From Candidatus Dormibacteria bacterium (GTDB lineage Bacteria; Chloroflexota; Dormibacteria; Aeolococcales; Bog-877), in contig JBOHUK010000025.1 of assembly GCA_050734395.1 (NCBI GenBank), positions 1 through 50,051 of the forward strand: 50,051 nucleotides of DNA, given 5' to 3'. A program made the translations under genes and the position numbers. Below are positions 34,116-44,333 of the stretch, piece by piece. Under the pieces are notes generated by a model, which worked only from the letters and a program-made list of their open reading frames with translations, ran no database searches and was not told the origin of the DNA. Every line of letters begins with the position of its first letter. Position 1 is the stretch's first letter.

Positions 34116-34373
34116 TCAGACCCCCCGGCGGCGGGCGATCCGGCGCAGCGGCGGCTCCGAGGTAGGAGGCTGGCGGCGCTGCGGCAGCGCCGCCAGCAGC
34201 TCCGCCGTGGTGCGGCTCACCTCCCGGACCGCCGCCTCCAGCGCCCCGCTGGTCCGGGTCGTCGGGGTACCGATGCCACTCACCTTGCGCAGGTACTGAC
34301 GGGCGGCGGCCTGGATCTCCTCCCCGGTGGCGGGCGGCTCCAGGCCCCGCAGGGTGGTGATGTTGCGGCACAC
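34116..34373 (-). CDS. DUF2277 family protein
   Basis: 85 aa starting (GTG)CRNITTLRGLEPPATGEEIQAAARQYLRKVSG, the characteristic MCRNI...PPAT..EI..AA.Q.VRKvSG opening of this family. Confidence 0.8.
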   Translation of the reverse strand: MCRNITTLRGLEPPATGEEIQAAARQYLRKVSGIGTPTTRTSGALEAAVREVSRTTAELLAALPQRRQPPTSEPPLRRIARRRGV

Positions 34374-34396
34374 GCCAGCAGGCTAGCGCGCGCGAC

Positions 34397-34834
34397 CTAC
34401 GCGGGTGGCCCGGGCCGCAGCTCGCGGCAGGCGTTGACGGCCAGCTGGTCGACCCGGTCGTTGCCGGGATTGCCGCGGTGGCCGCGCACCTTGACCCACT
34501 GGACCCGGCCGGCGAGCTCAGCCAGGAGCCGGTCCAGGGCCGGGAAGAGGTCAAGGTTCGCCCGGCGCTTCCACCCCTGGTCGAGCCAGCCGATCACGTT
34601 GCGGGAGTCGGTGTGGAGGCGCAGGCCCAGGGTGAGCTCAGCCCTCTGGGCAAAGGCGGCCAGCGCCGCCCGCGCCGCCACCAGCTCCATGCGGTTGTTG
34701 GTGGTCGCGGGCTCCGCCCCGAAACCCTCCTCCACCCCCTGCGGCCACTCCAGCCGGAACGCCCAGCCCCCGGGTCCGGGGTTGCCGCTGCAGGCGCCGT
34801 CGCAGTAGCCGTCCACCCAGCTCGCCGGGGTCAC
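34397..34834 (-). CDS. rnhA: Ribonuclease HI
   Basis: From the GTG at 34834 (GTGA overlap with the upstream stop). Motifs are DGACSGNPGPGGW...TNNRMELVAA...TDSRNVI...W.KVRGHRGNPGNDRVDQLA. Confidence 0.88.
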   Translation of the reverse strand: MTPASWVDGYCDGACSGNPGPGGWAFRLEWPQGVEEGFGAEPATTNNRMELVAARAALAAFAQRAELTLGLRLHTDSRNVIGWLDQGWKRRANLDLFPALDRLLAELAGRVQWVKVRGHRGNPGNDRVDQLAVNACRELRPGPPA

Positions 34835-35523
34835 AGCAGGAGGATCCGCTCGCAGTTCTCGCAGCTGACCAGCTGGTCCCGGCGGAGCTCCTCCAGGGTG
34901 CGGTGGGGTAGGGGCAGGCGGCAGCCGGTGCACTTGCTGGCTACGACCCGGGCCACGGCCGGCTGGCGCCGGGCGGCGGTGCGCTCATAGAGGCGCAGGG
35001 CGGAGGCCGGGATCGAGCCCGCGATATCCTCGCGCCGCGCCACCACCGTCTCGAGCTCGGCGCTGAGTCCCTCCCCCCGGGCCTGGTCGCGCTCCCGCTG
35101 GGCCTCGACCAGGGCGCGGCGCTCCTCCAGCTGCCCGTCCACCTGGCGCAGGTCCGCCTGGAGCCGCTCCTGCGATTCCATCTCCGCCAGCTCGCGGTCC
35201 TCCATCTGCGAGATGCGCTCCTTGAGGGTCTGCAGCTCGTGCTGGCGGCGCTGCAGGTCCGCGGGGTGGCGGACGCTACCGTCGTAGATGGCGCGCTCAT
35301 GGCTGCGCCGGCGCTCGGCCAGCTCCCCCACCTCCAGCTCCAGCTGTTTGAGCTGGGAGCTCAGCTGGCGCGCCTGGTCCTCCAGCCCCTCGCGCCGGCG
35401 GCCGAGGCCGGTGAGCTCGGCGTCGCCGCGGGCGCGCCGGCGCGACGCCTGCTGCTCCTCTTCCAGCTCCGCCCGGCGGCGGTCCAGGCCCTCGACCTCA
35501 GCCAGGGCCTCGGCCACCTTCAC
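34831..35523 (-). CDS. Coiled-coil + C4 zinc-ribbon protein (COG1579/DUF164-like)
   Basis: From the GTG at 35523 (GTGA overlap). A long Glu/Arg/Leu-rich coiled coil ends in CTGCRLPLP...CENCERILL. Confidence 0.75.
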   Translation of the reverse strand: MKVAEALAEVEGLDRRRAELEEEQQASRRRARGDAELTGLGRRREGLEDQARQLSSQLKQLELEVGELAERRRSHERAIYDGSVRHPADLQRRQHELQTLKERISQMEDRELAEMESQERLQADLRQVDGQLEERRALVEAQRERDQARGEGLSAELETVVARREDIAGSIPASALRLYERTAARRQPAVARVVASKCTGCRLPLPHRTLEELRRDQLVSCENCERILLL

Positions 35524-36029
35524 TGAGGCTGGACGAGCAGCGTGGGGTAGCGGTGGGCGCGCTCCTGCACCTCGGTCTCCGCGAGAACCCGCCAGCCGGC
35601 GCCGCCCAGCCACTCGCGCAGCGGGCGCTCCCGCTGGGCGGGCTGCACGCAGGCCCAGGCCAGGCTCCTGGCCACCACCCCACCCCGCTCCAGGATGGCG
35701 GCGATCCGCGGGCCACCCATCCCGGCGATGACCACCCCGTGGCAGCCCAGCCCGACCAGGGGCAGAAGTCCGTCACCCCACAGCACCCGCACACCGGAGC
35801 CGGGGTGCAGCAGACGGTCCAGCTCGCGCTGCGGCCCAAGGCACACCTCGGTCGCCACCACCGTCAGCTCCGGGCGGCGGCGCTTGAGCTCCAGGGCCAG
35901 CCGCCCGTGGCCGCTGCCCACGTCGGCCACCGGCCCGTCGGGGGGACAGAGCTCCAAGACTGCCCGCAGCCGCGCCCCGAGCCGGACCGGACGTGCGGGG
36001 CCGAGGGACGTGATAGGGGTCGCGGCCAC
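35520..36029 (-). CDS. TrmK-like SAM-dependent tRNA (adenine-N1) methyltransferase
   Basis: Motifs are VADVGSGHGRLALEL...ATEV..GP...GDGL...VVIAGMGG.RIAAIL...QP. The GTG at 36029 is 6 nt downstream of TATATT. The track start at 36128 would overlap the divergent gene. Confidence 0.7.
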   Translation of the reverse strand: MAATPITSLGPARPVRLGARLRAVLELCPPDGPVADVGSGHGRLALELKRRRPELTVVATEVCLGPQRELDRLLHPGSGVRVLWGDGLLPLVGLGCHGVVIAGMGGPRIAAILERGGVVARSLAWACVQPAQRERPLREWLGGAGWRVLAETEVQERAHRYPTLLVQPQ

Positions 36030-36094
36030 GGCTCGAATATACGGAGTGCCCCAACGCCTCCCCGTGGGCGGACTGCAGCGGGCAAGATGGGCCG

Positions 36095-36892
36095 GTGCCC
36101 ACCGCTGCCGACGCGGAACTGGACCCAAAGACCATCGCGCCCTATTGGCTGGGCGAGGGCCCGAGGGGGGTCCTGCTGCTGCACGGCTTCGCCGGCACCC
36201 CTCCGGAGATGCGCCCCCTGGGCGAGGCGCTGGCCAAGCGGGGCTTCCTGGTCTATGCGCCGTTGCTGGCGGGTCACGGCACCACCCCGGAGGACATGGA
36301 GACGACGGGCCACCGGGACTGGATCAGCAGTGCCGAGACGGGGCTGGAGGCGCTGCGCGAGCGCTGCTCGGCGGTGGGGCTGGCGGGCCAGTCGATGGGG
36401 GCGGCGCTGGCGCTGCACCTCGCCGCCCAGCACGCCCAGCCGCGGGCCCTGGTCTGCCAGTCGGCATTCACCTGGATCCGCGACTGGCGGCTCGCCCTGC
36501 TGCCACTGGCCCAGCACCTGGTCCGCTGGCAGGTGCCTTCAGACCGGGTGGACCTCTACAACGCGCAGGCGATCGCGGATCTGCACAACTATCGGCGCCG
36601 GCCCACCCGGGCGATCGCGGAGCTGATGAAGCTCTGCCGGCTGGTGCGCGGCGAGCTGCCGGCGGTCTTTCGACCGCTGCTCCTGCTCCAGGGCGGCCGG
36701 GACTCGGTCATCGACCCCGCCAACTCCGGCGAAATCCTGGCCCGGGTCACCTCCGACGTCCGGGCGCTGCGGGTCTTCCCGCGCAGTGGCCACGGCTTGA
36801 GCGTGGACGTGGACCGCGAGGCTGTGGCCGAGGTGGGAGCGGACTGGCTGGAGCGCCACGTGCTGGCCGAGGGGGATGGATCACCCCGATGA
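36095..36892 (+). CDS. Alpha/beta hydrolase (carboxylesterase / lysophospholipase-like)
   Basis: 265 aa with VLLLHGFAGTPPEMRPLGEALAKRGF...GQSMGAALAL (GxSxG) and a late GHG. Confidence 0.85.
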   Translation: MPTAADAELDPKTIAPYWLGEGPRGVLLLHGFAGTPPEMRPLGEALAKRGFLVYAPLLAGHGTTPEDMETTGHRDWISSAETGLEALRERCSAVGLAGQSMGAALALHLAAQHAQPRALVCQSAFTWIRDWRLALLPLAQHLVRWQVPSDRVDLYNAQAIADLHNYRRRPTRAIAELMKLCRLVRGELPAVFRPLLLLQGGRDSVIDPANSGEILARVTSDVRALRVFPRSGHGLSVDVDREAVAEVGADWLERHVLAEGDGSPR

Positions 36893-37165
36893 GAGCAGCT
36901 CCTTGAGCCGCCTGCCCATCTCCTCATCGAGGACCGGGTTCTCCGGGTGACCCTGGGCGGGCAGCGGATGGGCCTTGGCCCGGCCACGGCTGGACCGCTC
37001 CGGCACCGGGCCGCGGTAGGCGAGCCCGCAACCGGCGCACAGGTACACGCCGGCGGTGCGCCCACTGCCCAGGTACTCCAGATGGCTCCAGCGCACCGGC
37101 TGACCGCAGGGGCAGAGCCGCTGGGCCGGGAGCGTCGGCAGGGACTGGAAGCGGGCGCGGTCCAC
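36881..37165 (-). CDS. Small hypothetical zinc-ribbon protein
   Basis: 94 codons from the GTG at 37165 with very high third-position GC. Contains CPCG...CAGCG (4 Cys). It fills the otherwise empty 36893-37267 gap. The longer track ORF (to 37732) is antisense to the kinase-like gene. Confidence 0.45.
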   Translation of the reverse strand: MDRARFQSLPTLPAQRLCPCGQPVRWSHLEYLGSGRTAGVYLCAGCGLAYRGPVPERSSRGRAKAHPLPAQGHPENPVLDEEMGRRLKELLSSG

Positions 37166-37230
37166 GCTCAGCCTGCGCCTTGGGCTCGGGACATGCCGGG
37201 GCCAGCATAGGGTGGGGCCGGATCCCGGGG

Positions 37231-37258
37231 TGGGAACCCCGGCACCCGTCCGTAAGAT
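37231..37258 (+). promoter_or_regulatory. Candidate promoter TGGGAA-N16-TAAGAT, 9 nt upstream of the kinase-like GTG
   Basis: Same architecture as the candidate rnpB promoter. It implies a 2-3 nt or absent leader. Confidence 0.3.
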
Positions 37259-37267
37259 GGCAGGGCC

Positions 37268-38365
37268 GTGCGGGTCGATGAGCTGACCGGAGCCACCATC
37301 GGCCGCTACCGCGTTGGCGGGCGGCTCCAGGTGCTGCCCTATGCCAGCGTGCACCGTGCCACCGCGCTGGCCGAGGGGCGCTCGGTGCTGATGTGGACGT
37401 TCCGGGAGCCCTACGCCAGCGCCGCCGGCTTTCTCGAGGCGCTGCAGCAGCTGGCGGGGGACAGGCGCACCGCCCAGGTGCCCGGGGTGCTCCCGGTTCT
37501 CGAGATCGGATTCCAGGAGCTGCGGGCTCCCGTAGTCTACCTCACGACCAACGACGCACCCAACGGCTTCCTGGTAAGCCTGCTGCAGTCGGGGCGCGCC
37601 CCCGGCGTCTTCGCCATCACCGGTCCCCTGGCCCGGGCGGTCGACGGGATGCACAAGCTGGGGATGATCCACGGCGACGTCCAGCCGGCCACGGTGGCGG
37701 TTGGCGGCGAGGGCGCGGTGCTGGTGGGTCACGCGGTGCGCACGGTCGTGAGTCGCGTGACTCCGCAGGCGCCCTGGGTGGACGTCACCCGCGCCTTCCG
37801 CCCGCCCGAGGCCCCGAGCAGCGCCGAGCCCACCCGAGCCAGCGACCTGTGGGGCCTGGCGGCCCTGGTCTACTACCTGCTGGTGGGCAGGCCACCGTCA
37901 GCAGACGGGTGGCCGGACCCGCCCAGCCAGCTCCGGCCCCAGATCCCGCCGCGGGTGGACCAGACGGTGATGCGCGCCCTCTCGACGGACCCCGCCGAGC
38001 GCTACCCCACGGCCGCCGAGTTCTTCGCCGCCCTCAGGGGAGCGCCCATGCCCGGCAGCGCACCCCGTCCGGCGCCTCCGGGCCCGCCGCCGGCCCCAGA
38101 CGACGCCGCCGGCCAGGCGTCCTCGCGCTGGCCCATCGAGGCGCCGCTCACCCCGGCATCGATGCGGGCGGCGTCCCTCCCCACCAACGCCAGCTCGGAT
38201 CCCGGGACCGAGACCCGCACGCCCGAGCCGGTCACCCACCTGATCCCGCTGGAGCCGTACGGAGTGCGACGGGGGATGCGGCGCGGGGTGGGGATGGTCC
38301 TCATGAGCCTGCTGGTCGCGGGAGTGGTGGCGGTCCTGGCGCTGCTGGCCACCGGGCATCTCTGA
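37268..38365 (+). CDS. Tail-anchored Ser/Thr-kinase-fold protein, predicted pseudokinase
   Basis: 365 aa. The kinase C-lobe is recognisable (MIHGDVQPATV, FRPPE, SDLWGLAALVYYLLVGRPP, DPAERYPTAAEF). The Gly-loop, the beta3 Lys, the catalytic-loop Asn and the DFG Asp are all missing. A Pro-rich linker leads to a C-terminal TM (GVGMVLMSLLVAGVVAVLALLA). Confidence 0.7.
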   Translation: MRVDELTGATIGRYRVGGRLQVLPYASVHRATALAEGRSVLMWTFREPYASAAGFLEALQQLAGDRRTAQVPGVLPVLEIGFQELRAPVVYLTTNDAPNGFLVSLLQSGRAPGVFAITGPLARAVDGMHKLGMIHGDVQPATVAVGGEGAVLVGHAVRTVVSRVTPQAPWVDVTRAFRPPEAPSSAEPTRASDLWGLAALVYYLLVGRPPSADGWPDPPSQLRPQIPPRVDQTVMRALSTDPAERYPTAAEFFAALRGAPMPGSAPRPAPPGPPPAPDDAAGQASSRWPIEAPLTPASMRAASLPTNASSDPGTETRTPEPVTHLIPLEPYGVRRGMRRGVGMVLMSLLVAGVVAVLALLATGHL

Positions 38366-38958
38366 GCACTCCTGAGGTCCCGGCCAACCCGGCTTCGGCG
38401 CTGGAACACCTGCTGGCCAGCCTGGAGCCGCTCGAATTTGCAGCGCCGGCACCGAGCCGCCCGGGCCTCCGGGACGCAGCGGTGCTGGCCCTGGTGGACC
38501 CCGGGTCAGAGGAGCTGCCCCTGCTGCTGCTGGTGCGCTCCTCCCAGCTGAGCTCCCACCCCGGCCAGGTGGCGCTTCCCGGAGGACGGCCCGCACCCGA
38601 GGACGGTCCGCTCTGGCGCACCGCCCTGCGTGAGGCGCAGGAGGAGCTGGCGGTGCCCGAGGCGGCGGTGCGGCTGCGCGGCCGGGCCACCGTCGTGGAG
38701 ACGCCCAACTCCGGCTATGCCATCCACCCCTTCGTGGCCACGCTGGGCCATCCCTTCACCCCCAAGGCCGCGGCCGCCGAGGTCTCGGAGTACTTCTGGT
38801 TCCCCCTGCGGCCGGCCGCGGGGGGGCATCCCGAGCGGCGCCGGATGCGCACCAGCCGCGGGTGGCTGGAGGTTGCGGGCTGGCCCTACGGCCAGCACTT
38901 CGTCTGGGGCGCCACCGGGGCAATCGTCTCGGACCTGCGGGAGCGGCTCGAGGGCTGA
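38362..38958 (+). CDS. Nudix hydrolase, CoA pyrophosphatase type
   Basis: Contains LLLLVRSSQLSSHPGQVALPGG and the Nudix box GGRPAPEDGPLWRTALREAQEELAV. The start is uncertain: CTG at 38362 overlapping the upstream TGA, or GTG at 38482. Confidence 0.75.
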   Translation: MSTPEVPANPASALEHLLASLEPLEFAAPAPSRPGLRDAAVLALVDPGSEELPLLLLVRSSQLSSHPGQVALPGGRPAPEDGPLWRTALREAQEELAVPEAAVRLRGRATVVETPNSGYAIHPFVATLGHPFTPKAAAAEVSEYFWFPLRPAAGGHPERRRMRTSRGWLEVAGWPYGQHFVWGATGAIVSDLRERLEG

Positions 38959-38969
38959 GCCCGCGGGGC

Positions 38970-41576
<2,607 letters not shown>

Positions 41577-41642
41577 GGCTCACTCCTGGGAACTCCGACC
41601 AAGGCCGAGTCTGCCCGCGGGCGCGGGCGGCCAAACCTGGGC

Positions 41643-42083
41643 TCAGGCGGCCTGGGCGCGGGCCTCCGCCGCCACCTTGAGCGCCCGCACCTCGGCCTCC
41701 ACGGTCTTGGTCGCCCACGAGTGCAGGACCCGGTCCAGGAGCGGCGAGATCAGCGGGTAGCCGAAGTCGTACTGCTCGCGGTGGGTGAGGCGAATGGCGT
41801 CCCCCTGGGGCTCGAAGAGGAAGACCGCCCGGAAGTCCCGCAGCCGCCCCTGGAGCATCTCCAGGTCCACCCGATCGTGATGCAGGGTGTACCGCGCCCG
41901 GATCGAGGAGTGGAAGGGGCCCAGGTGGCCGTTGATCCGCGCCACCAGCTGCCCCTCGGCCCGCGACTCCACCACCATGTCCTGCACCTTGGTCGCCCCG
42001 TCGGAGTAGGCGCTGGGGTCGAGCACCGCTTGGTGCACGCAGTCCAACGGGGCGTGGACCAGCACGCTGGCCTGGGCGACCAT
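41643..42083 (-). CDS. SRPBCC (polyketide cyclase/START-like) family protein
   Basis: 146 aa from the ATG at 42083: MVAQASVLVHAPLDCVHQAVLDPSAY... Size and hydrophobic pattern fit the SRPBCC fold. Shares 1 nt with the upstream stop. Confidence 0.6.
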   Translation of the reverse strand: MVAQASVLVHAPLDCVHQAVLDPSAYSDGATKVQDMVVESRAEGQLVARINGHLGPFHSSIRARYTLHHDRVDLEMLQGRLRDFRAVFLFEPQGDAIRLTHREQYDFGYPLISPLLDRVLHSWATKTVEAEVRALKVAAEARAQAA

Positions 42084-43333
42084 CACGGCCGGTGCCCGCC
42101 GGGAAGGAGCGTCACCTTGATGGCCCGGCTGCGCTGGGGGGCGGCGGCGGCCACCACCGCCTCCCGGTACTGGGTCAACGGGAAAGAGTGGGTGAGCCAG
42201 CGCTGCAGCACCTCCGACCGGGCCGCCAGCAGCTCCAGCGCCTGCTCGAGCAAGTGGGGTGCACCCTCCCGGAGGGTGGAGCGCCCGTAGCCGTTGGAGC
42301 CGAGCATCTCCGCCTCCTTGTAGTAGCCGAGGGTGGTCTCGGTGCGCTGCGGCCGCCCCACCCCGACGCTCACCATACGGCCCCCAGGGGCCAGGCAGCG
42401 CAAGCCCAGCTCGGTGGTGCGCCGGTCGCCGATCGAGTCCAGCACCAGCTCCACCCCTGAGCCCAGCAGCCAGGCGCCGCCCCGCCAGGGCTTGACCAGA
42501 CGGGCCCCGAGGCGGCGGCCGGCCTCCGGCACGACCCGCGCCGCCTGGGCTGGCCAGGGCTCCGCCCCCAGCGCCTGCACCGGCTGCCGCTGGTGCTCCC
42601 AGGCCGTCGTCACCCACAGCTCGCGTTCGGGCCAGGCCTCCCGGGCGGCCAGGGTGAGGCTGAGCCCGATGGTGCCGGCGCCCAGGATGAGTGCCGGTCC
42701 ACGCCCGCCGCCGCCCGCCTGCCGGGCTCGCTCCACCGCGTGCAGCGCCACCGCCACGGGGTCGGCCAGCACCGCGAGGCGGGTGGGCAGGCCCTCCGGC
42801 AGCGGGTGCAGCTGGCTGGGATGGGCGCACAGCAGCTCACCAAAGCCCCCAGGGAGGCCCCGGACGTTGCCGAGGTGCAGCCCCGCCCCGCCGCCCCAGG
42901 GACCGCCCTCGGCCACCCGCCGGCAGTGGGGGGGAAACCCCGAGCGGCAGCTGGGGCAGGGCGGGTCCACACCCCGGGCCACGCAGCCCAGCCATGGGTC
43001 GACCACCACCGCGCTGCCCGGGGCCAGGCCCGACGCTCCCGGCTCCAGCACGCGGGCCACGATCTCGTGACCGGGGACATGGGGGAACGACACCAGACCG
43101 CTGAGCGGGTTGTCGGAGCTGGCCTGGAGCAGCACCTGCTTGACGTCGCTGCCACAGACGCCGCAGGCGAGCACTTGGAGCTGCGCCCACTCGGGAGTCG
43201 GGGGCTGCGGAGTGGGCAGCTCCGCCAGCCGCAGCGGCGCTCCGCGCCCGAGGGCCAGGGTGGGCCGGATCCGGGACGCGGCCCCCGCCCAGAGCAGCCG
43301 CCTCGGGGCGGGATCGAAGAGCAGCGCCTGCAT
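42083..43333 (-). CDS. Zinc-binding medium-chain dehydrogenase/reductase
   Basis: 416 aa with CGVCGSDV...PGHEIVARV and a Rossmann-type LILGAGTIG. Confidence 0.8.
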   Translation of the reverse strand: MQALLFDPAPRRLLWAGAASRIRPTLALGRGAPLRLAELPTPQPPTPEWAQLQVLACGVCGSDVKQVLLQASSDNPLSGLVSFPHVPGHEIVARVLEPGASGLAPGSAVVVDPWLGCVARGVDPPCPSCRSGFPPHCRRVAEGGPWGGGAGLHLGNVRGLPGGFGELLCAHPSQLHPLPEGLPTRLAVLADPVAVALHAVERARQAGGGGRGPALILGAGTIGLSLTLAAREAWPERELWVTTAWEHQRQPVQALGAEPWPAQAARVVPEAGRRLGARLVKPWRGGAWLLGSGVELVLDSIGDRRTTELGLRCLAPGGRMVSVGVGRPQRTETTLGYYKEAEMLGSNGYGRSTLREGAPHLLEQALELLAARSEVLQRWLTHSFPLTQYREAVVAAAAPQRSRAIKVTLLPGGHRP

Positions 43334-43380
43334 CGGGCAACCTTACCCAGCGCCCGCCGCCACCGGTAAGATAACCAAAG

Positions 43381-43426
43381 GGTTAGGTTGAGCTAGAGGT
43401 CGCTAACCGCAAGCGAGATCGGTTAG
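43381..43426 (+). promoter_or_regulatory. GGTTAG / CTAACCG / CGGTTAG repeat set in the divergent ADH-ispH intergenic region
   Basis: GGTTAG sits at 43381-43386, CTAACCG at 43403-43409 and CGGTTAG at 43420-43426. The middle element is complementary to both flanking ones. This could be an operator or an alternative-hairpin leader. Confidence 0.35.
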
Positions 43427-43490
43427 GGCTACCGTCGGAACAGGTAATCGTTTAGGCGGGTTAACAGACCAGACCGGGGAGGACCTTTGG

Positions 43491-44333
43491 GTGGAAACCG
43501 TCCGCCCGCGCCACAGCGGCTTCTGCTTCGGGGTCCGGGATGCGCTGGAGCTCACCTCGCAGGCCCTGGACCGGCGTCCGGACACCCTGGCGCTGGGCCA
43601 GGTGGTGCACAACGCCAAGGCCCTGGAGGGCCTGGAGCGCCGCGGCCTGCGCCAGGCGGCGGAGCTCCCCGGAGCGGGCGGCCCGCAGGTGGTGGTCACC
43701 GCGCACGGCGCGACTCCCCAGCTCTTCGCTAGGGCGCAGGAGCTAAACCTGGAGGTGGTGGACACCACCTGCCCGCTGGTACGTCGGGTACAGCGCCACG
43801 CCCACGAACTCCACCTCCAGGGGTGGCCGGTCCTGGTGGTCGGCCACCCCGAGCACGCCGAGGTGCGCGGGGTGCGGGGCTGGGCGGGCGAGGCTGAGGG
43901 CCACCCGGTGGAGGTGGTGTCGAGCCTCGAGGAGGCCCAGGGGCTCCCCTGGCGCGAGCGCCGCGCGGTGGTCTGCCAGAGCACCTTCCCCCAGCCGCGC
44001 TTCCAGGAGGTGGTCGAGGAGGTCCGCCGGCAAACGGGCGAGCTCGAGGTCCGCGACACCACCTGCCCGGTGGTCAACCAGCGCCAGCGGGAGGCGGTCT
44101 CCAGCCTCCTCGACGAGGCGGACGTGGTGGTGGTGGTGGGCGGCCGGGGCTCCGCGAACACAAAGGCGCTGGCCGAGACCTGCGCCCAGCGCCGCCCCAC
44201 CTACCAGGTCGAGACGGCCGACGAGCTCCGCCCCGAGTGGTTCACCCCCGGGCAGCGGGTGGGGATCACGTCCGGGACCTCCACCCCGGGGTGGGTGGTG
44301 GATGCTGTCGAGATGGCCTGCCGTGATCTCTGA
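43491..44333 (+). CDS. ispH: 4-hydroxy-3-methylbut-2-enyl diphosphate reductase
   Basis: 280 aa with GFCFGVRDA, VVTAHGA, DTTCPLV, VVGHPEHAEV, DTTCPVV and GGRGSANT. The GTG start follows GGGGAGGA. Confidence 0.93.
   Translation: METVRPRHSGFCFGVRDALELTSQALDRRPDTLALGQVVHNAKALEGLERRGLRQAAELPGAGGPQVVVTAHGATPQLFARAQELNLEVVDTTCPLVRRVQRHAHELHLQGWPVLVVGHPEHAEVRGVRGWAGEAEGHPVEVVSSLEEAQGLPWRERRAVVCQSTFPQPRFQEVVEEVRRQTGELEVRDTTCPVVNQRQREAVSSLLDEADVVVVVGGRGSANTKALAETCAQRRPTYQVETADELRPEWFTPGQRVGITSGTSTPGWVVDAVEMACRDL

Noticed and set aside
32988-34808. 606-aa plus-strand ORF spanning mraZ upstream, rnpB, DUF2277 and rnhA.
   Set aside because: It runs through the RNase P RNA gene and antisense to three recognisable genes. 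The translation is non-protein-like.
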